NCBI RefSeq assembly: GCF_001194135.2
Contig: NC_068995.1
Location: 30,823,272-30,887,271, forward strand
From: Octopus bimaculoides
Taxonomy: Eukaryota
Reading direction: 5' to 3'
Length of the DNA stretch: 64,000 nt
Shown in pieces: positions 11,094-23,580 of the stretch (positions are counted from its first letter, which is position 1; every line of letters begins with the position of its first letter). The notes below the pieces were generated by a model, which saw only the letters and a program-made list of their open reading frames with translations, was not told the origin of the DNA and did no database searches. The position numbers were made by a program, and so were the translations under genes.

Positions 11094-13421
11094 GTAAGTG
11101 CAAAAATAGAAAAAAGTTCTTGTAGTTTTTTGTGTTATTTTGTTATCAAAAGCGTTCCAATCGTGACATGTATGTATCTATCCGGACTTTCAGAATATCT
11201 GTCACGAATAAAATGGAATTTCTTGGGATTTTTTTCCACATTTTATATACCTGTCACATTGCAATACACTTGTAAATCGCTTTCTATACATTTTTTTCTT
11301 CAAAAGCCATGTTTTTCCATCTCTTATCCTTCTTCACCAATCCTAACTTTGCAATAACTGTCAAGATTAAATTTATTTTACTGTTTTCGTTATTTTTCGT
11401 CATTGAACCCAGCCATAATAATAAAATATATTCCACTTTCTGAAATACTGTATTTACATAAAAAAAAAAACAGTTTAAAACTTCTCTGGGAGTGTTTGTC
11501 GTTACTTTACATGTATTTTTGTTTCCTACACATTTGCCGTTCTGTAAAATCGATATAAAAAGTAAAGAAACCATNNNNNNNNNNNNNNNNNNNNNNNNNN
11601 NNNNNNNNNNNNNNNNNNNNNNNNNNNNNNNNNNNNNNNNNNNNNNNNNNNNNNNNNNNNNNNNNNNNNNNNNNNNNNNNNNNNNNNNNNNNNNNNNNNN
11701 NNNNNNNNNNNNNNNNNNNNNNNNNNNNNNNNNNNNNNNNNNNNNNNNNNNNNNNNNNNNNNNNNNNNNNNNNNNNNNNNNNNNNNNNNNNNNNNNNNNN
11801 NNNNNNNNNNNNNNNNNNNNNNNNNNNNNNNNNNNNNNNNNNNNNNNNNNNNNNNNNNNNNNNNNNNNNNNNNNNNNNNNNNNNNNNNNNNNNNNNNNNN
11901 NNNNNNNNNNNNNNNNNNNNNNNNNNNNNNNNNNNNNNNNNNNNNNNNNNNNNNNNNNNNNNNNNNNNNNNNNNNNNNNNNNNNNNNNNNNNNNNNNNNN
12001 NNNNNNNNNNNNNNNNNNNNNNNNNNNNNNNNNNNNNNNNNNNNNNNNNNACGATTATCCAATAAAGTCCGTTAACAATATTAGCAGAGACAGCCGTCCA
12101 GTGGTACGAATAACACAGAAATTATTAACTCCGCCTGCATTTCTATTGGAGGCAGCAACACTATTCGGGTCCAAATGATCCTTTCTTTTGCCTAGTAATT
12201 GGTTAGTTGGCGCAAAGTTTGGTTTTCATATTCGTTTAATACACTTTTTTGTTTTGTTTTGGTGGCCTGGGGTTAGACTTAATATTAACCGAAGTCTTTT
12301 GCTTAAATCCCAGCAATAGATCACCCTTAGGTGCATCATCATTCCATTAAATGTGTTTATGGGGAGAAAAATATTGAAAACCATCAATACATGTTAAAGT
12401 GACAAAGAAACAAGGAAGATATGAGGTGGTCGTGGGATGTGTTAAAAACAACAGCTAAATCGTCCTTAAATCACAATAGTTCCAAAAAATAAAGTTATGA
12501 GGGGTTGTATAGAGTGCTTAGACCAGAATGCTCCCCAAATTTGTTGTGAAATATTTTTTGAAGTGGTGGAGTTTTAATAATTCACACCTCGATTTGTTTA
12601 TTCACAACTTTCCGAAAATAGGGTAATAATTTTTGTTTCTACAAATATGTTCCTGGTGCTGCAGCTTGCCCTACATTCTCAATCTACGTCATCTGAAATG
12701 TATTTGTTGAAAATTTTATCAAAATATTCATGAGGAAGCAAACTCTGTGGTTATGCCAGGATTATCTGATTTCATTCTCACATGAAAATTCTTCATATCA
12801 AAATATTATTGGCTGCTCTTAAGTTCAGAGTATCAATGGTTCTCAACAAACGTCTGACACCCCCTTCCTTGTCCAAAAGAAAGACTTTGAAATAAAGAAA
12901 TGTATTTAAGTCGGAAACACATTCTCTTGAGAGTTATTGCCAAACATTTTATCTGACTTACCAAAAGTGGATATATGAAAAACAAAATTGGAATTTTGTA
13001 AGAAGTATCTATAAAATGATAATTTAAGTTATTTGAAATGATAGAAGAGGATGTTTTAAATTGAAGTAAAGTATAATGGGACCAACAAATTTGTTGCTTT
13101 TCCCCCTCTCTATGATAGCAACAAATAGTTGCTGCACCTTTTCTAACTAATGTGCTATATTTCTATTTGCCATATGGGAAATAAAAATTAGTCTACTGTT
13201 TCTACTTGTTCAAGCAACTGCATAGAGCCCCTCTCCCCCATTGACTAGTATAGCTAATATATTTAAATTTAATGATGTGTGGACAACAGACTCTTGATGG
13301 GATCTTTTCTGTTCGGCTGCACCTTTAAAAATTAAAAAAAATTGTGTATTGATGTAATTTTTCATGCTGATTTTCAGGGGATATTTAACTTTCTCCGGCA
13401 AAATTTTAAAAAGAAGTTAGA

Positions 13422-13808
13422 GGTGTAGGAGTGGCTGTGTGGTAAGTAGCTTGCTTACCAACCACATGGTTCCGGGTTCAGGCCCACTGCGTGGCACCTT
13501 GGGCAAGTATCTTCTACTATAGCCTCGGGCCGACCAAAGCTTTGTGAGTGGATTTAGTAGACGGAAACTGAAAGAAGCCTGTCATATATATGTATATATA
13601 TATATATGTTTGTGTGTCTGTGTTTGTCCCTCCAACATCGCTTGACAACCGATGCTGGTGTGTTTACATCCCCGTAACTTAGCGGTTCGGCAAAAAGAGA
13701 CCCATAGAATAAGTACTAGGCTTACAAAGAATAAGTCCTGGGGTCGATTTGCTCGATTAAAGGCGGTGCTGCAGCATGGCCACGGTCAAATGACTGAAAC
13801 CAGTAAAG
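13422..13808 (+). mobile_element. tRNA-derived SINE, well-preserved copy of the dominant family, with internal (TA/TG)n
   Basis: Head GGTGTAGGAGTGGCTGTGTGG (A-box-like) and GGGTTCAGGCCC (B-box-like). The body recurs many times in the window (18661, 22920, 31675, 35906, 61950, etc.). Confidence 0.85.
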
Positions 13809-14683
13809 GGGTTTAAAGTTTAATCATTTTTACCCAGTCAGAAAACTGGATTTGGAATCTGTCATTTTCTGTGTGGACAGCATGTGTTGTCAACTGTAAA
13901 CAAAAGAAATATTGGCAGAATTCTGCTTTATGCACACCATATAACCCCTCATAACTTTTTATCTTTTGAAAATTACAGAAAATTTTTTTGAATTTGTATT
14001 CTATACACAGGAATTAATATGATTCTGCAAAGAAAAAATTTGGTGCGTAATTAAGGCCTATTTAGCTATTTTTAGTACATCTCACAACCACCATTTAATA
14101 CATGAAAAATGACTGAGTAAATAGCTTGGTAACAGCTTAGCTTGTTACTATGGAAACATGAATGTGTCTGGTTTACAATTGGCTAAAATTATCCAAAATT
14201 TGCAAATTTTATTTACTGATTTATGGCTGAAATAAATTTCTAGCATACAAATTTACATTGTTACACCTAATATGAACTCAATTGGAACAAAAATTGAAGA
14301 ACTTGAAAAGTGGTAGCCAAACCAAAAAGATCCCCTGTATATTATACAGATGTTTTATAGTATATCTAATTATTTATTTAATCCTATTGAGCAAAATTAT
14401 GATCAAAGGTATTCCTATTGCTCTTAGATAAAGTGCATCTAGAACTGCATTAATACAGTGTATCATTTCTATATATTAAGACAGCTGAATGTGAATTAAG
14501 AAGGTATGGCGGATTTTTTAAAATTTATTGAAAATTTCTACACTAGTGTAGATTTTGATGCCAATTACAAAGATCAAAACAATTTTTCTTGAGAAATTAG
14601 TAATAAAAAAGGAACCTTGTAAATATCGAAATTTTGTGTGATTTTAGCTTATCAAAAATTTATCTTGTGACCTGCTTGAATGC

Positions 14684-14714
<31 letters not shown>

Positions 14715-15697
14715 GAGAAATTAATGATAAAAATCGTTACTTGATGAAAAACATTTAATGAAAGAAAATGAAACATTCACTCTGACTCTAAATCTCTAAC
14801 CTGAAACTGTAAACTCCTGAGATGGTTTCTATTGATAGCTGCAGAAACATCGTCTGCTGAATAAAATGTTGAGAATGGGTGGATCTGATTAGCTAAAATT
14901 AAAGAAACAATTCATTCTTTAAAGGCTTTAACTTCTTTTTTTTTTTATTAAGCTTTCCAAAAATGGTTGTGATGTTGGTAATAAAATCAGAAGAGGTACT
15001 TGAAATCTAAAATATCTGATATGGAGCCTTTAAATATACTTTTCTTTAGCAGCCTGAATGATCTCAAAGTTTTTCTCATTAACTCAGATATGCTTTTTTT
15101 TTAGTTGTATTAGTCATAGGTCAGTCCTAGGCATGGATCAAAGCCATGGCCATTCTCTTTTCATGTTAAATTTATCTAGGGCTACAGTATTTAATGTCTT
15201 TATTTTTGAAGGCTTGGGCCAGGTTTGAGGGATATTTAACTATTATATGTGTCAGACTGAGTGACTATACAAACTTATATTTTTACAATTGTTTATATAT
15301 GTAAATGTTGCATTCATATTTATACATATTTACACATTATGCAGTACATACAGATGGATGTTGCACATGTCCACACACATAAACATGTTACACTTATGTT
15401 CCAAGCTTTGGGTTCTTCACTTATGAGAAATAGTAACTTTTTCCCTAGAATCACTTATTCCTTTTAGTGTTATCTACATGTAGTTCTAAACAACTTTAAA
15501 AAAAACCCACTCAGTTGGAATACCTTTGATCATGTCTACTTGATAGCAGTTGATCTGGGGTCAGATATTAATTAGTCTCGCAGTTGGCCAACACAGAAAA
15601 GTCGAGATTTTCTCTGTAAAAAGAGAATTCTTACCTCTTAACTACGAAAGACAAACATGTGAACTTTTTTCATGTAATTCTATATTATATAAACATT

Positions 15698-17172
15698 ATC
15701 ATCATCATCGTTTAATGTCTGCTTTCCATGCTAGCATGGGTTGGACGATTTGACTGAAGACTGGCAAGCCAGAAGGCTGCACCAGGCTCCAATCTGATCT
15801 GGCAGAGTTTCTACAGCTGGATGCCCTTCCTAACACCAACCACTCTGAGAGTGTAGTGGGTACTTTTACATGCCCTGGCACGAGGGCCAGTCACACGGTA
15901 CTGGCAACGGCCATGCTCAAAAAAGTGTTTATGTGCCACCTGCATAGGAGCCAGTCCGGCGGCACTGGCAACGACCTCGCTCAAATGATTTTCTAACGTG
16001 CCACCAGCACAAGTGCTAGAAGGCAACGCTGGAAACGATTACGCTCAATTGGTGCTATTTACGGGCCACTAGCACGGAAGCCAGACAGCTGCTCTGGCAA
16101 TGAACACGCTCGACAGTGCTGTTAGTGCTCCACTGGCGCAGTGCCAGTCATCTAGTATGGTTCAATTACGATTTCACTTGCCCCAACAGGTCTTCGCTGC
16201 AGAGTTTAGTGTCCAATGAAGGAGAGGTTGGCATGGATGCTAGTCGTCTGATTCGGTTCGATTTCGATTTCAGATTCCAAATTCACTTGCCTCAACAGGT
16301 CTTCGCAAGCAGGGTTTTTAGTGCCCAATGAAGTAAAGATACGAATTAGTGAGCTGGCTACACTTCTGGCAAAGATCACAGATTACTCTCTCATTTGCCT
16401 TACCGGGTCTTCTCACGTACTGCATATTTCCAAAAGTCTCTGTCACTGGTCATTGCCTCGGTGAGGCCTAAAGTTCGAAGGTCATGCTTCACCACCTCAT
16501 CCCAGGTCTTTCTGGGTCTTACCTCTTCCACAGGTTCCCTGAACTGCTAGGGTGTAACACTTTTTCACACAGCTATCCTCATCCGTTCTTGCCACATGTC
16601 CATACCAGTGCAATCGTCTCTCTTGCACACCACAACTGATGCTTCTTAGGTCTAACTTTTCTCTCAAGGTACTTACACTCTGTCGAGTATGAACACTGAC
16701 ATTACACATCCATTGGAGCATACTGGCTTCGTTTCTTGCAAGCTTACGTATGTCCTCAGCAGTCATGGCCCATGTTTCACTGCCATGTAGCATGGCTGTT
16801 CGTACACATGCGTCATACAGTCTGCCTTTTACTCTGAGTGAGAGGCCCTTTGTCACCAGCAGAGGTAAGAGCTCTCTAAACTTTGCCCAGGCTATTCTTA
16901 TAGCTACACTTTCAGTGCACCCTCCCCCGCTACAAACTTGGTCACCTAGGTAGAGGAAGCTATTAACTGCTTCTAGTTTTTCTCCCTGGAGTGTGGCACA
17001 GGTTGTTTTCTGCTCATTTTCAGTGTTTATTGTTCCTGAGCATCTGCCACATACAAAAACTATCTTGCTAGTTAGCCTTCCTTTGATATTGCTGCACCTC
17101 TTATGTGTCCATAGCTTACACTGAGTACATCTTATCGAGTTTCTACCTACGCCTTTTCTACAGATCGAGCAG
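15698..17172 (-). mobile_element. 5'-truncated RTE LINE (3' ~1.5 kb, same family as 4579-9056)
   Basis: (CAT)n tail at the left, the same repeated 3' UTR, and ORF 16497..16856 (KGLSLRVKGRLYDACVRTAMLHGSETW...RRLHWYGHVAR). Ends at the start of the PHD-like finger. Confidence 0.9.
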
Positions 17173-17467
17173 GGCTGTGTTTAATTGTTTATACAGTTTT
17201 TTTAAATAAATTAAATGTCTTTTATATGTATGTGTATTCGAGTTCACAAACAAGAGGGAAAAGTCTTCAATGCAGAAGTTGTGTAAATATTGTAGTATTT
17301 AGTGAGGTGCTCACATACACATTCACCCTCTGCATGTATGCGCTTGCGCTTGAAGCATTTCAAATTAGCAATGTACATTTTTCAGTTTTCTGCCTTGAAA
17401 TCTGAAGTGATTGACATCTAATTGATGGTATTTACTAAATACCATTGTATTACTACAGTTTATAAAG

Positions 17468-17704
17468 ACACCATTTCGAGCATGGCCGTTGCCAGTACCG
17501 CCTGACTGGCCTTTGTGCCGGTGGCACGTAAAAGCACCCACTACACTCTCAGAGTGGTTGGCGTTAGGAAGGGCATCCAGCTGTAGAAACTCTGCCAAAT
17601 CAGATTGGAGCCTGGTGTAGCCACCTGGTTCACCAGTCCTCAGTCAAATCGTCCAACCCATGCTAGCATGGAAAGCGGACGTTAAACGACGACGATGATG
17701 ATGA

Positions 17705-17708
<4 letters not shown>
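17468..17708 (+). mobile_element. RTE 3'-UTR-only copy (short, SINE-like)
   Basis: Reverse complement of about 4581-4815. Ends ...GCGGACGTTAAACGACGACGATGATGATG followed by (TA)n(CA)n. Confidence 0.85.
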
Positions 17709-17741
<33 letters not shown>

Positions 17742-18660
17742 TATATACACACACACACACACATTGATAATGATTCGTGTATCTCTCTATCTATATTTGT
17801 GTCTCTTGCCCAATATGTTCTGGTTGTGTATAACCCTTCATCTCTTTATCATTCTCCCTCTAACCATTCTTTCTCATTCTCTATATCATGCTGCCATATG
17901 AAGAGATGTCTTTTGACCTTTTTTACCCTCTCATCTATCGGACACTCATTTTTCCATGCTGTCTGTGTAACAACCGATGGACGTGGACCTACTTGTAGTG
18001 AAGTCCGTCCCTCTCTTCTCTACCTTTTCTGTACTAATAACCAATATCTTTTTATCCCCTCTCCAAACTCCACTCTCTTAACTCTGTCCCTATCATACAG
18101 TTCTTTACCTCATCCACAAATCCTAGTTTATCTTGTCATCACTGTCTGGACCCATCATAATGTAATGAGGACCCTCCAGTTATAATTAATTTTACTGCTG
18201 TATGCATTTTTAATATTGCTTTTTGGCTTTCTCAACTATTTGTATATGTCGTTCATTTTATGAACCAATAATGTAGTTGGCTGTAAATTTCTCAGGCCAT
18301 TCACTAGTTCACAGTAATTTCCAATGGCAACCGTGACTAGACAGTGGCTATGCCGTCAAGGTAGGATAAATACCACCAGGTATTTTTGTTCAATGAATCG
18401 GTTTACCACCTGTCTTCTCATAGTATCATATCCCAACTCACACATACATATTGCAGACTTTTACATTGTTTCTTGCCTGGTAAGTCAAACTAAAGTAAAT
18501 GTAGAAGACACTGGTATTTGTTTTTGTTTATAGATATGTGTGTGTGTGACTAAAACTCTAGTAGCTACAGCAAAAAATCAGACAGAGTAGAGAAGACACT
18601 TTAGTGGTGGCAGACAGTCTCTTTAGTGTCGTGGTACAATAAAATGCAAAATGGTTGATA

Positions 18661-19005
18661 GGTGCAGGCATGTGAGGAACCTTGGGCAAGTGTTTTCTAC
18701 TATAGCCTTTGGCCAACCAAAGCCTTGTGAGTGGACTCGCAAGACAGAAACTGAAAGCTTGCTATGTGTGTGCATATATATATGTATGTGTGTATGTGTC
18801 TGTATTTGTCTCCCACTACTGCTTGACAATTGGTGTTGGTGTGTTTACATACCTGTAACTTAGCAATCTCTCAAATGAACTAATAGAATAAGTACCAAGT
18901 TTAAAAAAATAAGTATGTGCTGGTGCCAATTCATTTGACTAAAAATGTTTCAAGGCAGTACCCTAGCATGGCTGCAGTCTCATGACCGAAATAAATAAAA
19001 GATAA
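18661..19005 (+). mobile_element. Degenerate tRNA-derived SINE
   Basis: Colinear similarity to 13422-13808 (cttgggcaagtgttttctactatagcc...aaagccttgtgagtgga...taacttagc...aataagtacc). Confidence 0.75.
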
Positions 19006-19539
19006 AGATAGGAACAGAACAAACTGTCAAAACCATGACAGCCACAACAAATACAATGAAAAACTATGTATATTGGACCAATATTAACCATGTTATTACT
19101 GTACAAGGTATTGAGATGGTTAGATAGGAACACATGTCCATGTATGAGAACCTGTTGACTGTCATCAAACAATTATATCAACTGTCCTTTTGTCAAGTAC
19201 AGAAAACACACCAAATAACCACCTACCACTGAAAACTTACTTCTTACTAGATGCAAAACTTTAGGGCTACCACCATTAACATTGGCACAACGACAGATTG
19301 GTCTGGAGAAATTGTAGTGATATTAGATTGGTGATGAGTAGATGTGTGCAATTGTTAAGATGTGGCGTTGTGGTGAGTTAGCCTGTCTCCTCAGGGTAAG
19401 GGTAGGTATAGATTATTCTAAAGCTCTAGAGTGAATGAAGAAGGCATACTGGTGGCAGATTAATGGATAGATAAATTGTAGTCGTTTGGCAGAATATGGA
19501 AGCTTAAACTAGCCAACTTGACAACACTTTCTTAATGAT

Positions 19540-20390
19540 ACAACTGCAAGAAAAGTTTTTAGCTAAGGATAAACCTCTCTACTAAGCATTCATTGACCTG
19601 GAGAAGGGCTTTGACAGGCCACTGTGCTCTGTATAAAACTACGTGTGGATGAATGCAAGCCACGTAACGTACACAAATTCTGTTGGCAAGACCTTGAATT
19701 CAGTGAGGAATGTAGAGTGCAGGTCAGTTCCCACCAGTGCTTGGTTCACAGGCTCCTGTTTATAATTCTTCAACCTTCAGATGAGGAGTTTAAGATGAGC
19801 TGTTTGTGGGAACTTCAGTATGTCATTGACTGAGATGAACATGTTGAAGAGAATTTCTAAATATGGGAGCAAACCTTGAATTAAGAAGACTTGGAGTAAA
19901 CTTAGAAAAGACAGACGACAGGACTTCACTGCCATCTGGATATGCAGAAAAGGACGAATGTCTACAGTGTACCTAATGTAAACTATAGATGTGCAATAAG
20001 ATCACAAGCAGGCTAACAGGGAAGGAAGACTTCTGATATAGAAGGTACACAGATTTAGTTATAGTACCCATATGAATAGCTGTTGTTTCTGTTCTCTTTC
20101 AGTGAAGTATGATGTGCAGTGTTGTATGGCAACAAAGCCTGGGCATTGAATATGGAAATTGTGTGAATGCTGGAAAGAAATGAAGCGAATGGATGTATAA
20201 TGTTAATATGCATAGATGCTAGAAAATAAATGAGCTGAGAGAGAAACTGGATATGAGAAGAATCGGCTGTAGTATGCTAGAGAGAGAAAACTGTGTTGGT
20301 GCTGACATGTGTATGGAAGATGATAGGTGAAGAAGGGTCAAGTGATTTTAGTGAGGCTGCAGAAGAGGGACACTCAGATATGGGAAGAAG
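19540..20390 (+). mobile_element. Old, highly degenerate RTE RT/C-terminal fragment
   Basis: Patches match the RTE family: actgcaagaaaagtttttagctaaggataaacctctctactaagcattcattgacctggagaagggctttgacagg; gcaggtcagttcccaccagtgcttggttc. Confidence 0.65.
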
Positions 20391-23327
20391 TGGTAAAACC
20401 TGACAGAGGAGACTAAGCTTCATGAAGGAAATGAACTCAAAGAATTGCAACAAGTAGTGAGTGTTGGAGAAAATTTCTCCAACACATACAAAAATGAGAA
20501 AATGGACATAAAAAAATGAGCACTCAGAGTGCAAACTTCAAACGCAACACCGTCCTCTCAACGCCCCAGCTTATCAGTTTTCTGTCAAACTGTCCAACCC
20601 ATGCCAGCATGGAAAACTGACTTTAAATGATGATGATGGAGTATAAACAGTTTTGTCCTAGAAGTTGTAGAAAGCACTAAAATCCTATTAAACATACAAC
20701 TATTAACTCTTTCATTTCTATACTTTTGTTTTGTATTTTCACAGATTTTTTTTTTAATTTTGTGAATAAGCAAAAAGTTGTTCAGCATTTGGTCTGCTTT
20801 GTTCATTATATTTTTGGCTGTATTCATCTTCCAAGCTTCCTTTTCCTGTGTAGTCTGATGTACACTTTAGTTTGAGAAGTCAATATTGAAATTAAGTTTC
20901 CAGTTCACTGTTAAGCCTGTTTTCATTCCAAAATGATATTACTGTTTGATGCTGCTGCTAATAGTATTATATGTATTCATGTACAGAGTTTTATGAATCA
21001 GCAGCTGTTTTACTCATTAGTTGCCTGATTCATACTGCTGAGTAAAGCCCCAGTTGTTGGTCTGTATTCTCTGGAAAGAATTAAGTTTCCAATGATGTTT
21101 TATATGTTAACTTGTTGACTTATGAGCTAGTGGTTTTAGAATCTATCATTCCTTCTATTGGTATTGCATAAACTTACAGGGTACACACAAACCTCAGACA
21201 ATTATGGAGTTCATAAACTGTGTTCCAAAACCCAATGTCTTATTTCTGTTATTCTTAGAATGCTCCTTTGTTTAAAAAAAAAAACTGGATATTTTCAAAG
21301 TTTATAACTGGTGTGAAGAGATAAGTGATGTCTTAGAAAGTTTATTTGTAAATTTAACCATATGTCATTTCTGCTTTTACAACATTCTGCTGCTCTAAAC
21401 AAGCAATTCAACATTTTTCTCTCAGGAAAATTGTATAAAAAACTGCTTTCTGTATATTTTCTAACTGGTTTAGTTGTATCATTTCTAGATTAATTCTATT
21501 CCTTTTTATTTGGGTTAGTTAATATTAGCTTGTTAATATTTGAGTCAAATTCACTTGCACAAACTGCTGGTGCTGTTGTTTAGCTCCAGGTCAGTTCTGA
21601 GTGAATAGACCTGTGATAAAATTCTGTGACCATCCTGTCTTTTGTATATCAGGAACTGCATTGTTTGTGTCCTTTTTTTTGTTCTTTTTTTTTTTATTAA
21701 ACAGCAAGGTGTAATGTACAGGAGATTTGGTTGCTATTTCTAGCAGGTTGCATGATCACATAACTCATTTGTTGAGATAATGCTGTTATTTATACAACTA
21801 GGTGTATATTAATGAAAGCGATAAGCAGTCAGTGCAACCCACATCAAACCATTTAATCTCACTTGTTTTATGTTCTTGTTATTTTTATCTGAATTCATCA
21901 GTAAATCTGTTACTTTTAATATTATAAATACTGACAGATTAAAAGAAAATGTATAATGAAGCATATATTTTCTAATTAAATTCATTCAAATAACTTTTTG
22001 ATGAAATAGGATAACACAGAGCTGAGAGGAGAGCAGCATTAGTGTCTGCTTCTCTGGATCTTGACTTCCACATTAATATAATGCTAATCCTGACCTTGGA
22101 TTTGTACTTAGCTTGATTACTTTTTATGAGTCATTTATCCACAACTATTTATTACTACTCAGTTCAATAACTGTGTTAGCTACAGAATGTTACAGACCAC
22201 AGATCTTTCAAAACAATGTTGCATATAGCAGGCCTTGTTGCACAAATTGATGTGTATTCGCCTTAGACACTGTTTCAGCTTGTTTCTCACTTCTATATTC
22301 CTCAGTTGGCTGAGAATGGCTTATAAGTTGTCTCTCTGGCTTTCTTTGCTTTCCTCAATTGTTAGCTGATCCTGTTTTTGAAAGATAATTTGATTATCAT
22401 AATTGTTATTAATTTTTTATACCTTTTAAATGGTGGTATGGGTTGAACAGAACTTTTATGAGGTAGTATTTAACAACCTGATATCAACCCTCTTAGTTAC
22501 TTCATGCAACATGAATAGATCTCGTGTATGTGTGCGTATTTATGCGAGATAAATCCAGAAGTCCTGTTGGTTGTTATAAAGAAACTCTTTATAGAGGCAG
22601 ATTTGTCATGTATACAAGTGTAACTATCACTAACAACATCTGAAATGTGTGTAGAATGTCAATCTTAAAGAGTTAATATCTCAATAATTGAAACATATTT
22701 AACTTGATGTTACAGGTTAATAGGCTTGACTTTGATTTTCATTCTGATGGGATCAATAGAAATGTCAATATAGAAGTATTGAGCTTATTGACCTGCATTT
22801 CACTAAATGCCTTGTCAACAAAGGTGGGTTCAGTGCAGAAAGTGATTCTGTCAGTCATATAAAACAAACACTTGTTATAATTGACTTAATTAAAAGATCA
22901 GCTGTTTGAACCATTCAGATATAGCTGTATAGTTAAGTTCATTTCCCAACTATGAGTTTCCTGGTTCAGTCCCACCATGTGGCACCTTGGGGAAGTGTTT
23001 TCTGCTATAGCCATGAACCAACTAAAGGTTTATGAGTGGATTTGATAGATAGAAATTAAAAGAAGCCCGTTATCATAACATTCAACTTTCCACACTTGCT
23101 TGAATCAGACAGAATTTGTTGCGGATGATTTTTCTATGGCTCGATGCCACCTTGTTCCCAAACCTCACTTGTTTTCAAGTAAGGTAATAATTTGCTTTGA
23201 TCAGACATGTTTTTGTGGGAAGCTGGAAATGAATGACATCACTTGTATGGTGGTCATAATTGTAAGTGATGTCAAGATAAGGAGACACAAACACACACAT
23301 GTGTATATATGGTTATATATATTTATA

Positions 23328-23580
23328 CAGGGTGCGATGGGTAAATTGTTGCCATTTTATATTTTTAATTTCACACATGAGTGCTCCTAACGTGGAGAAA
23401 GCGAGCAATAGCTTCCTGGAGGCAAGCGCAAGCTAGACTTCTTAAGTGGAGAAAAACTGATCTCTTTAAGGAAATTGCTGGGCTCCATCGTGATATGTAG
23501 AAACTCCAAGCAACGTAAAATATGGCCTGGACCGTGATTACCAGTATGTATGTCAAACTTCAAAAAGTAATTAACCATTT
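23328..23580. mobile_element. Tc1/mariner-type terminal fragment
   Basis: TA|CAGGGTGCGATGGGTAAATTG resembles a Tc1/mariner TIR start. The matching opposite TIR was not found. Confidence 0.4.

Noticed and set aside
12051-12180. CpG-rich patch with an open frame (SRDSRPVVRITQKLLTPPAFLLEAATLFGSK)
   Set aside because: No recognisable homology, it ends in a stop, and its 5' side is in a gap; more likely promoter-proximal intron sequence.
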